The notes under the pieces: generated by a model
What the model saw: the letters and a program-made list of their open reading frames with translations, nothing else
Databases searched by the model: none
Told to the model about the DNA's origin: nothing
Shown here: in pieces, positions 48,001 to 60,519 of the stretch
How the letters are laid out: each line of letters opens with the position of its first letter
Numbering within the stretch: the stretch's first letter is position 1
Made by a program: the position numbers and the translations under genes
Assembly: GCA_002269645.1 (NCBI GenBank)
Contig: NIVC01000195.1
Span: forward strand, 372,001 to 436,000
Reading direction: 5' to 3'
Origin: Macrostomum lignano
Taxonomy: Eukaryota
Length of the DNA stretch: 64,000 nucleotides

Positions 48001-50241
48001 CACACATGAATCTTGCGAATACTTTATTATTTCTACTGTTAGTAGTATGAATTGGCCATTATTTCCGTAAACTGTCGATAATTTTTGAAAATCTATTTAT
48101 CATGTACATCATTGCTACCCCGCTACCCAGGCAATACGTAGGAAACCAAAGTGGCAAAGTACTTAAGAAAATTTTCAGCATAGCCGCACTAATATTTACG
48201 AGCTACGTGAGTAGTATCGAAGTTGTCAATTGCAGAAGGCATGTAGAGACGCTATTTGGACCAGAGAGTTTCCAATCGACTTAAAAACTTTCTTCCACAC
48301 TGTATGGGCGTCCCACTCTGCGAATAAAAAGCAAAGTCAAAAGAGCTGGCTTGATTTTTAGCAAATGTGCTGTTCGACACACAGGCGCCTCAGCCTCAAA
48401 GCCTAACAGTTTTCATCAGCCACCTGTACACTCCTTCCCGGCACTCAGTGCAGCACCCCAGCGCAGGGGATCCCCTTAACAAACACTCTCGCTTTACTCA
48501 GCGCCCAGCTAGCTGCCCGGACCACAAATCCGGCAGCTGTGTGGCGGCGATGACGGGGAGCAGGCGGGCATGTCGGGCCGCATAGAGAAAAGAGATGCTG
48601 CGCCATGCAGTGAGAAGAGAGGAGGTGGCAGAAATCCGCATCTGAGGCCGCGGCGGTCTCTCCATGCCCTGCCCTCCCAGGATGCGGGCGACTGCGAGGC
48701 CTCATATAGCACTGCAGAATAGCGAGGCTGGCCTAAGGACCGGAGCAGGGCCCGCATCCCCGCCCTGTGTTTGGCTGGCAGGAAACTCGCGTTTCGCACT
48801 CAGTTCTCCTCTCGCAGTCTCCTCTCTTCATCTCTCCTGGCTCATCAGCCTGCAGGGGCCTCCTGCCGCAGCTCCGCTCCTAACCCCTCCCGCTCCCTGT
48901 CTTCCTCCACTCCCATCCTTCTCCCTTTTCCTGGCCCCTTCCTCTTCATTTTCTGATTATTGTGAGGAGGCCCGGCCCTCAGTTTTTTATGCACGAGACC
49001 CGGCGCAGCCGCCCGCATATACGAGTGCCTACCTATACCCCTCTTAGTCGCAGCTCCCCACCCACTCTCCACCGTCAGTTCCTCTCGCCCCCTCCTCTTT
49101 GCCCCCCCCCACACACACACAGGGGCCGAGGCCGAGGGGAGGGGCGAAGCGAGGTGGGATTTCAGGCGACAAGGCGATGGGGCAAGGAGCGGCCGGGCAG
49201 GAAGGCTGAGAGGGCCGGCCAGCCTTGTGGCGATAATTTGGGCGGAGGCGGATGCTGGGAGCCCGGGCCTGATAATCAGCGGGAGCCATCCGGCCACCGC
49301 CCCAAACTCGACTTCTGCATTAGAGAGGGGAGGGGCAGGTGAAGCCCCGGAGTTGGGATCTCGCTTTGTTCCCCCCGCCCCTCCCGCGCCCTGCTGGCCT
49401 GCCGGGCTGCAGGGGACCCCCCGCCTGCCAGCAGAATCGGCCTTAAGCATGGGAGTGGCTAATCGATAGCGGCAGGGAAATGGGAGAGTCTCGCCCTCTC
49501 GCTGCGGGACACGGGCGCCCATAAATTTGGCATGAAGGCGGCGAATGGCTGCGTGGGGACCAAATTCGATTAACCCGCGGGGGTGGCGTCTTCTGGCCAC
49601 CGCTGAACTGGCAGGGATGGATAGCTGCGGAGATGGATGGGCCGGCAGTAGCAGCCCGGAGACATGCGACTCGTTGTGCGACCCCCCTCTGCGCTCCAGA
49701 GACTGTGGAGCCGCTTCTGACAATCCGTTTGAACCCCTCAGCTTGCAGTTGGCTTGGCATTTGAGCTGTCGGGGTCCTTCTGGCCGGCCCATCGGCCAAT
49801 CAGAGCGCAGCAGGCGAGGCGGCATGGCGCATTTTTTCAATGACTTCTTGGTTTGAAAATGAATCTTAAAGAATCTTACAATACAGGAATAGCAAGATGC
49901 AAAACCTGCTCGTACCTGAAGATGCGGAGATTCGGTGTTAGTTCCAAAATATTAGCCAGCCAACCATTCCCAGATGGCGTGCTCACCAGAAGTCATTTCT
50001 ACACAAAACTATATGCAATCTCAGTCAGCTGAGTCAGCTCAGCATCCAAAGAGTTCATCATCAAACTTTGTCTTCCAGCTTAGCTGCTCATGGCTTTTTT
50101 GAAACAGGCGACCCACCGGGAGAGCCATTCAATGGCAATGGCGTGAATTTGGCTGTGGCGCGCAGGAAAGTGCGCCACTGCCACCCCCCCCCCCTGCATG
50201 GCTCCCTCAGCGCTGGCTAAAAGCTTCAAGTTTGCCAAGGG

Positions 50242-50786
50242 GAGATGCCGAGGCCCAGTGTGGGAGGCAGAATCAGGGACACAGCAGCGACGGCTTCCCC
50301 AGCCTGGGAGCTGAACTTCCCACCTAAAGCCCCGCTGCGCAGCCCTGAATCCACTGCCTCCCGTGCCGTGTTTGGGATTCACTCTCAGAATCTCACTCTG
50401 GGATTCACCCTCAGAATCTCACACTGCGATTCACTCTCAGAATCTCTCTCTGCGATTCACTCTCAGAATCTCATTCTGGGATTCACTCTCAGAATCTCAC
50501 TCTGGGATTCACTCTCAGAATCTCACTCTGCGATTCACTCTCAGAATCTCATTCTGGGATTCACTCTCAGAATCTCACTCTGCGATTCACTCTCAGAATC
50601 TCATTCTGGGATTCACTCTCAGAATCTCATTCTGGGATTCACTCTCAGAATCTCACACCGAGATGCCGAGGCCCAGTGTGGGAGGCAGAATCAGGGACAC
50701 AGCAGCGACGGCTTCCCCAGCCTGGGAGCTGAACTTCCCACCTAAAGCCCCGCTGCGCAGCCCTGAATCCACTGCCTCCCGTGCCG
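50242..50786. other. Templated insertion: exact 127-bp direct repeats (50242-50368, 50660-50786) flanking 11 units (50373-50658) of the 26-bp satellite
   Basis: Flanks identical; insert matches 57642-57927 unit by unit including variant order. Confidence 0.9.
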
Positions 50787-51615
50787 GCCGGCTTCTTTGC
50801 ACCGGGAGAGGATGAAGAAGAGAGGCTGCGGCCCGCCCCGCCCACCCGGCAGCTCACATGCAGGGGCGCAGCGTGGGAGGCGGCAACCGAGACGTCACCC
50901 TGCCCCCCTCTGGCTCCCCACTTCCCCTATTTCCCATGCAGCCCTCACTCTCCCTCGGCGGCGGCGGCGGCTCCGCAGTCCCTGCCGCGGGTGCCGCCCC
51001 GCTGCTGGCGGAGATGAAGGGGGTCGGAGGCGCAGGGATTGAATTTGGAGCGGCCTTAAAAAGAATTGTGTGTGTGTGTGTGCGTGTGTGTGGCCGCTGA
51101 TCCCCAGGCCACCTCTGCCATCACACGCATAGACCCAGGCCCTCCCGTCTTCCTCTGCCCCTTCTCTTCCTATGCAAACCAAAGGGAGTGAATCCCCGCT
51201 CAAGTGGGTGGAGGCCCAGCCTCCCGCAAGAGAGGAACTGCAGGGCGTGTGGCTGGGAGCAGCGGGGGGATCTCGGCGATACCCACCGACACACGGCCGG
51301 CTCCCCGGGTCTCCCACGGGCGGGATTTGAGGGGCTGGGCGGGTGTGAGGCAGCCGCATGGGGCGCTTGCAGCGCTGGGGACAGGCAGCGGTGAAGGGGG
51401 GCACTCGAGCGAATCCCCGGCACGCCTAGAGGAAGGCCTCCTGCCCCCCCCCTGTCCCCCTCATCCCACTCACCCACCCCGGTTGCTTCCCTTTAAAACC
51501 CCCGAGCCACCGCTGCAATACCGAAGCCAATGCGCCTGCCCTGTCATTCCGCCTCGCACCGCCTCCCGACCCGACTCTTCTCCATCTGCACTGCAGTGAA
51601 TCATCCGCCTTCCCG

Positions 51616-53628
51616 ATGACCACAGCAGCCGTGACAGGCGGCCTGGACCTCAGCGCCAGCGGCGGCGGCGGCAGGCGGTCTCGCAAGCGGCGCCTCTCTG
51701 ATCGCGGCAGCCCGGCCCCCTCCCCCTGCTCTGCCGACGCCCCCGGGGAAGCAGAGGGCGACTCTCCAGCCTCCCCGGCGCTGCATCTTCATCAATCCTC
51801 GGGTCTCAGCCTTGCCGGCGATTGCGAGGAGGGCGCCCGAGAAGACGAATATGAGGAGGGGGGCTCGGAGGGCGGGCAGAGCGCGACGGGCAACAGCGGT
51901 AGCGGTGGCGGCGGCAGCAAAATGGACGACGAGCGACTGAAGGCATTCAATGTAAGTTGAAGCTTTGAGTTGAGTTGAGCCGCGTCTCCCGGCCTAATCA
52001 GCGAGAAACTCGACACTAACTGAATGCATAGGAGAGGCTGGGAAAATTTCAAATTCTGCACACAAACCTCCCATCCGCGAAGTCTGAGTACTTCAGCCTC
52101 AGGGCATCCGAGACCGTCAGTGTGTGAGCGGGGAGTGCACCTCAGGGCAGGCGAAATAAACATCAGGTGTACGGAAATCGGGATCAGATGTACCGAAATG
52201 AGGTCAGTTGTGAGGATCATGTGTTCCGAAATGAGGTCAGTTGTGAGGATCATGTGTTCCGAAATGAGGTCAGTTGTGAGGATCAGGTGTTCCCAAATGA
52301 GGATCAGGTGTTCCGAAATGAGGATCAGGTGTGCCGAAATGAGGTCAGTTGTGAGGATCATGTGTTCCGAAATGAGGATCAGGTGTGCCGAAATGAGGAT
52401 CAGGTGTGCCGAAATGAGGATCAGGTGTTCCGAAATGAGGATCAGGTGTACGCTAATGAGAGCCGGAAATTAAGCCCTTCATGCGTCGAAGCACACTTTG
52501 CATAAAGCTGCATACCCCCAGTGTGCCGAAATAAATATCAGGTGCTCAGAATGAAATTACGGAAGTCGAAGTGAATCGAAAATATATCAGGGATGTCAGC
52601 AGGGCCTCAGAAATTTTTAATATAAAGCAAATGTGGGATTTCGCCACTCTCGAATCCCGCAGCTGTTCGTGAGGTTTTTCGTTGACGAGAACTTAGACCG
52701 CATGGTGCCGATCTCCAAGCAGCCGAAGGAGAAGCTCAGCGGCATCCTGGAGGCCTGCGACCGTCAGTTTCCCGAGTTCTCGGACAGGGCCAGGAAGCGG
52801 GTCCGCACCTACCTCAAGGCTTGTCGGCGAAACGGTAGAAAGAACGGCGGCTTGCCACAGGAGCTGGTGAGCAGGAGGTTAAAACTATAAAAATGCATGC
52901 CCGCAACAAACTACTCGTTAGTAGAGAGGCAAGCTGTATCACAATGTTTCTCTCAATTTCAGCCAAGGACAACGCCAGCCCACCTGACCTCGGCCACGGC
53001 GGAGGGCATCCTGGAGAAGGCGCTGGCCGGGGAGCGCGAGCTGCAGGCGCAGCTGCACCCAGCCAGGCTCGAGCAGGCCGGGATGCCGCAGGCGCAGCAG
53101 CTCAGCAGGCCGGACAGACCGGCCGAGCAGCAGCGAGTTGCAGAGGCCGCCGCTGCAACCGCCCGCCCGGCAAAACAGGCGAAAGCGACAGCGGCGGCCC
53201 CGGCCATCAGCAAAGACGCCTCCGCCGCGCCTGCGGCTACGAGGGCGCCACCGACGGCGTCTCCGATGGTCCCTCAGGGGCAGGAAGCTTCGGTGGCAGC
53301 GGCATCGCTGCTGATGGGCCTACCGCACGGGGCGCTGCCGCTGACCTCCGTGGCCGCCGCAGCCGCCGCCGGCCTGATGCCACCGTTCGCCGCCTTCGCG
53401 ACACCTTTCCTGCCGCTGCACTTGGCAGCCTCCAGACCGCTGGCAGCGACAGCAGCTGCAGCCACGAACACCGCTGGTCCCTTCGGCGGCTTCATCGGCG
53501 GGTTCGGCGCCCGGCCGTGGGACCCTCGCGAGCGCGACCTGGACTGGCCGGCATTCGAGGCGCTGTTCAGGGCGCAGATGAGCCAGGCGGGCGGTATGGA
53601 CGGCACTGCAGTGACTGCCCCGCGGTGA
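51616..53628 (+). CDS. NOL4: Nucleolar protein 4 / NOL4L-like; exons 51616-51951, 52663-52866, 52963-53628 (further 5' exons possible)
   Basis: ERLKAFN|[24 protein letters not shown]...[22 protein letters not shown] and [17 protein letters not shown] match the NOL4 conserved block; phases 0,0 consistent. Confidence 0.88.
52165..52450. repeat. Intronic composite minisatellite (GTGTTCCGAAATGAGGATCAG, ~21/33-bp units), NOL4 intron 1
   Basis: Tandem CCGAAATGAGG motif. Confidence 0.88.
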
Positions 53629-53827
53629 TCGGGCTGCCTGGCTGTGCGCATCCACTTGCGCTACATGTAAATACACTGCGGCCCTGCTGGCTCCCTCCGC
53701 TTTTACTGTTCCGTGACTGCGGCTGCGCGCTGGCGGGTCCGGGGACGCGCAGCGCCGACCGGCGTGAAGAAATACTTAAACAGAAAATAATCAGTTATAC
53801 TTGTACAATATAAATTTAGATGGTAAT

Positions 53828-54228
53828 GCTACTCAGGGCCTCATCGCTGAGGCGAATGCCACTCAGGGTCTCATTCCTGAGGAGAATGACACTCAGGGTC
53901 TCATTCCTGAGGAGAATGGCACTCAGGGTCTCATTCCTGAGGAGAATGACACTCAGGGTCTCATTCCTGATGAGAATAACACTCAGGGTCTCATTCCTGA
54001 TGAGAATGGCACTCAGGGTCTCATTCCTGAGGAGAATGACACTCAGGGTCTCATTCCTGAGGAGAATGGCACTCAGGGTCTCATTCCTGAGGAGAATGAC
54101 ACTCAGGGTCTCATTCCTGAGGAGAATGCCACTCAGGGTCTCATTCCTGAGGAGAATGACACTCTGGGTCTCATTCCTGAGGAGAATGACACTCAGGGTC
54201 TCATTCCTGAGGAGAATGCCACTCAGTC
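53828..54228. repeat. Minisatellite, 30-bp unit (ACTCAGGGTCTCATTCCTGAGGAGAATGAC), ~13 copies, 3' of NOL4
   Basis: Strict 30-bp periodicity; CATTC/GAATG mini-hairpin in each unit. Confidence 0.95.
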
Positions 54229-54924
54229 TCACAGCTAGAGAATGGCGCTGAGCCTGAGTCCCCGGATCCGCTGCTGCAGCCGCAGCTCCCCAGAGCTCAG
54301 AGCCTCACGTCCCCGTCCGAGCAGGAGCACAGCAAGATGGCCAGAAATTTCCGTGAAGTGGCCAGCTTCCTGGGCCCACACCGCTGACTACATGGAGACG
54401 CAGATGCAGCTGAGCTGCCACACAGCGACAGCAGCAGCTTCAGCAAAAACAAAGACTGAATTTTTGTGGGACCAAGACAGCGCAGAAATATTGTAATAAA
54501 TCAGATTAATCCTGATCATTGTGATGCGATCTGATCAGTTTTCTTAATAAATAATCTCTCCCACCAATATGCTGTGCAATCAGCTAAAGTTCAAATCAGA
54601 TTTCTCAAGTCACGAATTTCAGAAGCATTACATGCATGTATAAACTGCTTGGCCAATCGAGATTGCAGATGCACGCCGCTGCACCCAGCAACCGCAGAAC
54701 CCAAATAAGTAGTAGACGCACACAAACCCTCCTCCTATGATTCCACGTGTTCGCGCTGGCTTGTTTAAATCGTTGCACTGAGCAGCTTTGAAATAAAACT
54801 GACACTGAACTCGCAGTCGCCAACTGCATTTTGTCTGACTTTTTCTTTATCTTTCCAGAACATGCGTTTGACAAGTAGCAGGCCTTTTACTCACCCTTAG
54901 AGATTCACTTTATGCATTTGGTCT

Positions 54925-57900
54925 CAGAATCTCACTTTGCAATTCACTCTCAGAATCTCACTCTGCAATTCACTCTCAGAATCTCACTCTGGAATTCACT
55001 CTCAGAATCTCACTCTAGGACTCACCCTCAGAATCTCACACTGCGATTCACTCTCAGAATCTCACTCTGGAATTCACTCTCAGAATCTCACTCTGGAATT
55101 CACTCTCAGAATCTCACTCTGGAATTCACTCTCAGAATCTCACTCTAGGACTCACCCTCAGAATCTCACACTGCGATTCACTCTCAGAATCTCACACTGC
55201 GATTCACTCTCAGAATCTCACTCTGGAATTCACTCTCAGAATCTCACTCTAGGACTCACCCTCAGAATCTCACACTGCGATTCACTCTCAGAATCTCACT
55301 CTGGAATTCACTCTCAGAATCTCACTCTGGGATTCACCCTCAGAATCTCACTCTGCGATTCACTCTCAGAATCGCACTCTGGAATTCACTCTCAGAATCT
55401 CACACTGGGATTCACCCTCAGAATCTCACACTGCGATTCACTCTCAGAATCTCACTCTGGAATTCACTCTCAGAATCTCACACTGGGATTCACTCTCAGA
55501 ATCTCACTCTGCGATTCACTCTCAGAATCTCACTCTGGGATTCACTCTCAGAATCTCACACTGGGATTCACCCTCAGAATCTCACACTGCGATTCACTCT
55601 CAGAATCTCATTCTGGGATTCACTCTCAGAATCGCACTCTGGAATTCACTCTCAGAATCTCACACTGCGATTCACTCTCAGAATCTCACTCTGGGATTCA
55701 CCCTCAGAATCTCATTCTGGGATTCACCCTCAGAGTCTCACACTGCGATTCACTCTCAGAATCTCACTCTGCGATTCACTCTCAGAATCTCATTCTGGGA
55801 TTCACTCTCAGAATCTCACTCTGGGATTCACTCTCAGAATCTCACACTGCGATTCACTCTCAGAATCTCACACTGCGATTCACTCTCAGAATCTCACACT
55901 GGGATTCACTCTCAGAATCTCACTCTGGGATTCACCCTCAGAATCTCACACTGCGATTTACTCTCAGAATCTCTTTCTGCGATTCACTCTCAGAATCTCA
56001 TTCTGGGATTCACTCTCAGAATCTCACTCTGGGATTCACTCTCAGAATCTCACACTGCGATTCACTCTCAGAATCTCATTCTGGGATTCACCCTCAGAAT
56101 CTCACTCTGGGATTCACCCTCAGAATCTCACACTGCGATTCACTCTCAGAATCCCACTCTGTGATTCACTCTCAGAATCTCACTCTGGGATTCACTCTCA
56201 GAATCTCACACTGCGATTCACTCTCAGAATCTCACTCTGCGATTCACTCTCAGAATCTCATTCTGGGATTCACTCTCAGAATCTCACTCTGGGATTCACC
56301 CTCAGAATCTCATTCTGGGATTCACTCTCAGAATCGCACTCTGGAATTCACTCTCAGAATCTCATTCTGGGATTCACTCTCAGAATCGCACTCTGGAATT
56401 CACTCTCAGAATCTCATTCTGGGATTCACTCTCAGAATCTCACTCTGGGATTCACTCTCAGAATCTTATTCTGGGATTCACTCTCAGAATCTCACACTGC
56501 GATTCACTCTCAGAATCTCATTCTGGGATTCACTCTCAGAATCTCACTCTGCGATTAACTCTCAGAATCTCCCCATGCAATTCACTCTCAGAATCTCACA
56601 CTGCGATTCACTCTCAGAATCTCATTCTGCGATTCACTCTCAGAATCTCATTCTGGGATTCACTCTCAGAATCTCACACTGCGATTCACTCTCAGAATCT
56701 CATTCTGGGATTCAATCTCAGAATCTCACTCTGCGATTAACTCTCAGAATCTCCCCCTGCGATTCACTCTCAGAATCTCATTCTGGGATTCACTCTCAGA
56801 ATCTCACTCTGGGATTCACTTTCAGAATCTCATTCTGGAATTCACTCTCAGAATCTCACACTGCGATTCACTCTCAGAATCTCATTCTGGGATTCAATCT
56901 CAGAATCTCCCCCTGCAATTCACTCTCAGAATCTCACACTGCGATTCACTCTCAGAATCTCATTCTGCGATTCACTCTCAGAATCTCACTCTGCGATTCA
57001 CTCTCAGAATCTCACACTGCGATTCACTCTCAGAATCTCATTCTGGGATTCAATCTCAGAATCTCACTCTGCGATTAACTCTCAGAATCTCCCCCTGCGA
57101 TTCACTCTCAGAATCTCACTCTGCGATTCACTCTCAGAATCTCATTCTGCGATTCACTCTCAGAATCTCACTCTGCGATTCACTCTCAGAATCTCATTCT
57201 GGGATTCACTCTCAGAATCTCACTCTGGGATTCACTCTCAGAATCTCACACTGCGATTCACTCTCAGAATCTCACTCTGCGATTCACTCTCAGAATCTCA
57301 TTCAGGGATTCACTCACAGAATCTCACTCTGCGATTCACTCTCAGAATCTCATTCTGGGATTCACTCTCAGAATCTCACTCTGGGATTCACCCTCAGAAT
57401 CTCACACTGCGATTCACTCTCAGAATCTCTCTCTGCGATTCACTCTCAGAATCTCATTCTGGGATTCACTCTCAGAATCTCATTCTGGGATTCACTCTCA
57501 GAATTTCACTCTGGGATTCACTCTCAGAATCTCACACTGCGATTCACTCTCAGAATCTCACTCTGCGATTCACTCTCAGAATCTCATTCAGGGATTCACT
57601 CTCAGAATCTCACTCTGCGATTCACTCTCAGAATCTCATTCTGGGATTCACTCTCAGAATCTCACTCTGGGATTCACCCTCAGAATCTCACACTGCGATT
57701 CACTCTCAGAATCTCTCTCTGCGATTCACTCTCAGAATCTCATTCTGGGATTCACTCTCAGAATCTCACTCTGGGATTCACTCTCAGAATCTCACTCTGC
57801 GATTCACTCTCAGAATCTCATTCTGGGATTCACTCTCAGAATCTCACTCTGCGATTCACTCTCAGAATCTCATTCTGGGATTCACTCTCAGAATCTCATT

Positions 57901-58021
57901 CTGGGATTCACTCTCAGAATCTCACACTGCGATTCACTCTCAGAATCTCTCTCTGCGATTCACTCTCAGAATCTCATTCAGGGATTCACTCTCAGAAATC
58001 ACTTTGGGATTCACTCTCAGA
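54925..58021. repeat. Satellite array, 26-bp unit (TGGGATTCACTCTCAGAATCTCACTC), ~119 copies, 3.1 kb
   Basis: Continuous periodicity; GATTC/GAATC mini-hairpin per unit; the 713-aa ORF is a by-product. Confidence 0.97.
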
Positions 58022-58195
58022 ACTTCAGTCTAAAATTCTGAAGTTTAAAAAATTAAAATTCTAAAGTCTAAAATTCTGATCTTACTCCAAATTTCCCCAA
58101 GAATATCACTCTGGAATCTGGATTCACCCTCGGAATCTCGGAATTCGATCATATTATAAAAGTGAAAATCAACATAAATTAAATTAACTTCTTTC

Positions 58196-58231
58196 GACGC
58201 GTTTCGGTCCAACAAGGGCCTTCTAAAGCGT
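58196..58231 (-). other. Degenerate minimal hammerhead ribozyme motif of Penelope-like element type
   Basis: Minus strand CTTTAGA-A-GGCCC-TTGTT-GGACC-GAAACGCGTC: stem II, GAAAC and palindromic ACGCGT present, but CTGANGA core reads CTTTAGA. Confidence 0.4.
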
Positions 58232-58725
58232 GCTACCTTACCTCGATCATATTAACTTGAGTCATAGAATACAGACTGCGGTTGTCGCTTTAAACCCATT
58301 GCACTGAAATGTGAATCGCATTTTCTGATGCAGCAAGTATCACAGAACTTCTGTGGCAAGTATAGCTTTTGAAACTTGTGTGTTGCTGAATGGACCCAAA
58401 TAGCCTACTATGAGTAGGCAAATGTAAACATTTAAAAAAAATACGGAAAAGTTTAAAAATGCACCCGGTTAATGCTTGGGACAAAGGGCGTCAGCCAGGA
58501 CACAAAATATTGAGAGTTGTTTTGCGCAATCAACAATTAAATTCTGCTTTATTTGGAACCGAAATCAAGACCGGCCGCTGGATAAGCATTGGGTGGTGGA
58601 TTAGCTGGAGACACGGAGAGCCGTAGCCAATCAGTGGCTGCAAGACAGGAGCTTTAGTCTGGCCGGGCGGCTTTTAAATGAAAAAGACACACAATGACAT
58701 TGCAATGCGGCAGCAGTGCAGCTGC

Positions 58726-59084
58726 GCAGGTGAAGCTACACAGACATGAGTAAGATTGGACCTGAAGCTACACAGACATCCTCTAGACCTGACCTGAAGC
58801 TACACAGACACCCTCTAGACCTGACCTGAAGCTACACAGACATCCTCTAGACCTGACCTGAAGCTACACAGACACCCTCTAGACCTGACCTGAAGCTACA
58901 CAGACACCCTCTAGACCTGACCTGAAGCTACACAGACACCCTCTAGACCTGAAGCTACACAGACACCCTCTAGACCTGACCTGAAGCTACACAGACACCC
59001 TCTAGACCTGACCTGAAGCTACACAGACACCCTCTAGACCTGACCTGAAGCTACACAGACACCCTCTAGACCTGACCTGAAGCT
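58726..59084. repeat. Minisatellite, 32-bp unit (GAAGCTACACAGACACCCTCTAGACCTGACCT), ~11 copies, 3' of anamorsin
   Basis: Direct tandem periodicity. Confidence 0.94.
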
Positions 59085-59205
59085 CGCCAATAAGCCATTA
59101 AATCAAAGCAGGGACAGTTACACAAGGTGCAGCAAGGCAGAGTAAGCAAACTGAATGTGCAGGGCAGCCGCAGTCAGCCTAATACTCGATCGTCAAGCCG
59201 GCAGC

Positions 59206-59620
59206 TCAGAGGTCGGCAGCGAGCCGGCCGGCCGGGATGGTGACGGCCTCGCCGGGCTTGAAGGGCGGCAGGCCCAGGTAGGGGCAGCTTGAGCAGCGGA
59301 AAGCGTCGCCCAGGTAGCAGTTGCCGCAGGACGACTTCGGCGCCGGCGCGGCGGCTCCGGCAGCGGCAGCGGCGGCCTCCTCTTCGGCCAGGCCGCAGGT
59401 GCAGTTCTTGCAGGCGCGCTTCTTGCCGGCAGCGCCGGAGGCCTCCCCGCAGCTGGGGGCCGCCGCCACAACGGGGGGCGCGCGGTCCTCCTCGGTGAGC
59501 AGCTCGTCTGTGTCGATCAGGCCGTCGTCGTCGTCGTTGGCGCTGACCTGCCAGACCTTGGCGGGCCCGGCCGGCAGCGACTTCAGCGGGGCAGACGAGC
59601 CGAGCGCGTACTCGGGTCGC
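59206..59620 (-). CDS. CIAPIN1: Anamorsin (Dre2/CIAPIN1), final coding exon; upstream exons not securely located
   Basis: RPEYALGSS, acidic linker [12 protein letters not shown], Fe-S motifs SCG...[14 protein letters not shown] and [30 protein letters not shown]; acceptor CGCAG at 59621. Confidence 0.92.
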
Positions 59621-59744
59621 CTGCGGGGGAATTGGTTTCAGCACTAAATTGAGGTGCCATTGTCGCTGGGCTCTACTGTAAGTAGCGAGCTCGGGTCGGG
59701 GGCCAATAAATGCAATAAATGCGCTGGTTGAAAGGCTAGGAAGA

Positions 59745-60322
59745 TTTTGAATAGTGACTTGTTGATTTTGCATAGTGATCTGTTGATTTTGAATAGTGAC
59801 TTGTTGATTTTGAATAGTGATTTGTTGATTTTGCATAGTGATTTGTTGATTTTGAACAGTGATTTGCTAATTTAAATAGTGATTTGTTGATTTTGAATAG
59901 TGATTTGTTGATTTTGAATAGTGATTTGTTGATTTTGAATAGTGATTTGTTGATTTTGAATAGTGATTTGTTGATTTTGAATAGTGATTTGTTGATTTTG
60001 AATAGTGATTTGTTGATTTTGCATAGTGATCTGTTGATTTTGAATAGTGACTTGTTGATTTTGAATAGTGATCTGTTGATTTTGAATAGTGACTTGTTGA
60101 TTTTGAATAGTGATTTGTTGATTTTGAATAGTGATTTGTTGATTTTGAATAGTGATCTGTTGATTTTGAATAGTGATTTGTTGATTTTAAATAGTGATCT
60201 GTTGATTTTGAATAGTGACTTGTTGATTTTGAATAGTGATCTGTTGATTTTGAATAGTGATTTGTTGATTTTAAATAGTGATCTGTTGATTTTGAATAGT
60301 GATTTTCTCATTTGAATAGTGA
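59745..60322. repeat. Minisatellite, 21-bp unit (GATTTGTTGATTTTGAATAGT), ~27 copies
   Basis: Strict periodicity; lies in the presumed anamorsin intron. Confidence 0.95.
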
Positions 60323-60519
60323 TCTGCTCGATCAGTTGAGTAGTGTCAATTTCGAGATCTAGGTCAGATGACGAGTTTTAGTTAAAGCAAAATAAATTAG
60401 AAATTTAGACACTATTTTCTTTTGAGGATGTAAATTTTTTGGGGACTCAGCTGATCCCCTTGACAGCGTCTGAGTCCATGTCATTGTAAGAAACATTGTT
60501 TTGTGCGTTCTATTGGCTT

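Noticed and set aside
53801-54238. (EENDTQGLIP)n ORF with an N-glycosylation sequon in each unit
   Set aside because: 30-bp array downstream of the NOL4 stop; no signal peptide, non-ATG start, open on both strands
54937-57078. 713-aa ORF, and similar long ORFs at 38599-39632, 8077-8771, 17256-18114, 25728-26302, 59736-60315, 60481-61339, as genes
   Set aside because: They are translations of stop-poor tandem repeats, open in several frames or strands, with no domain features
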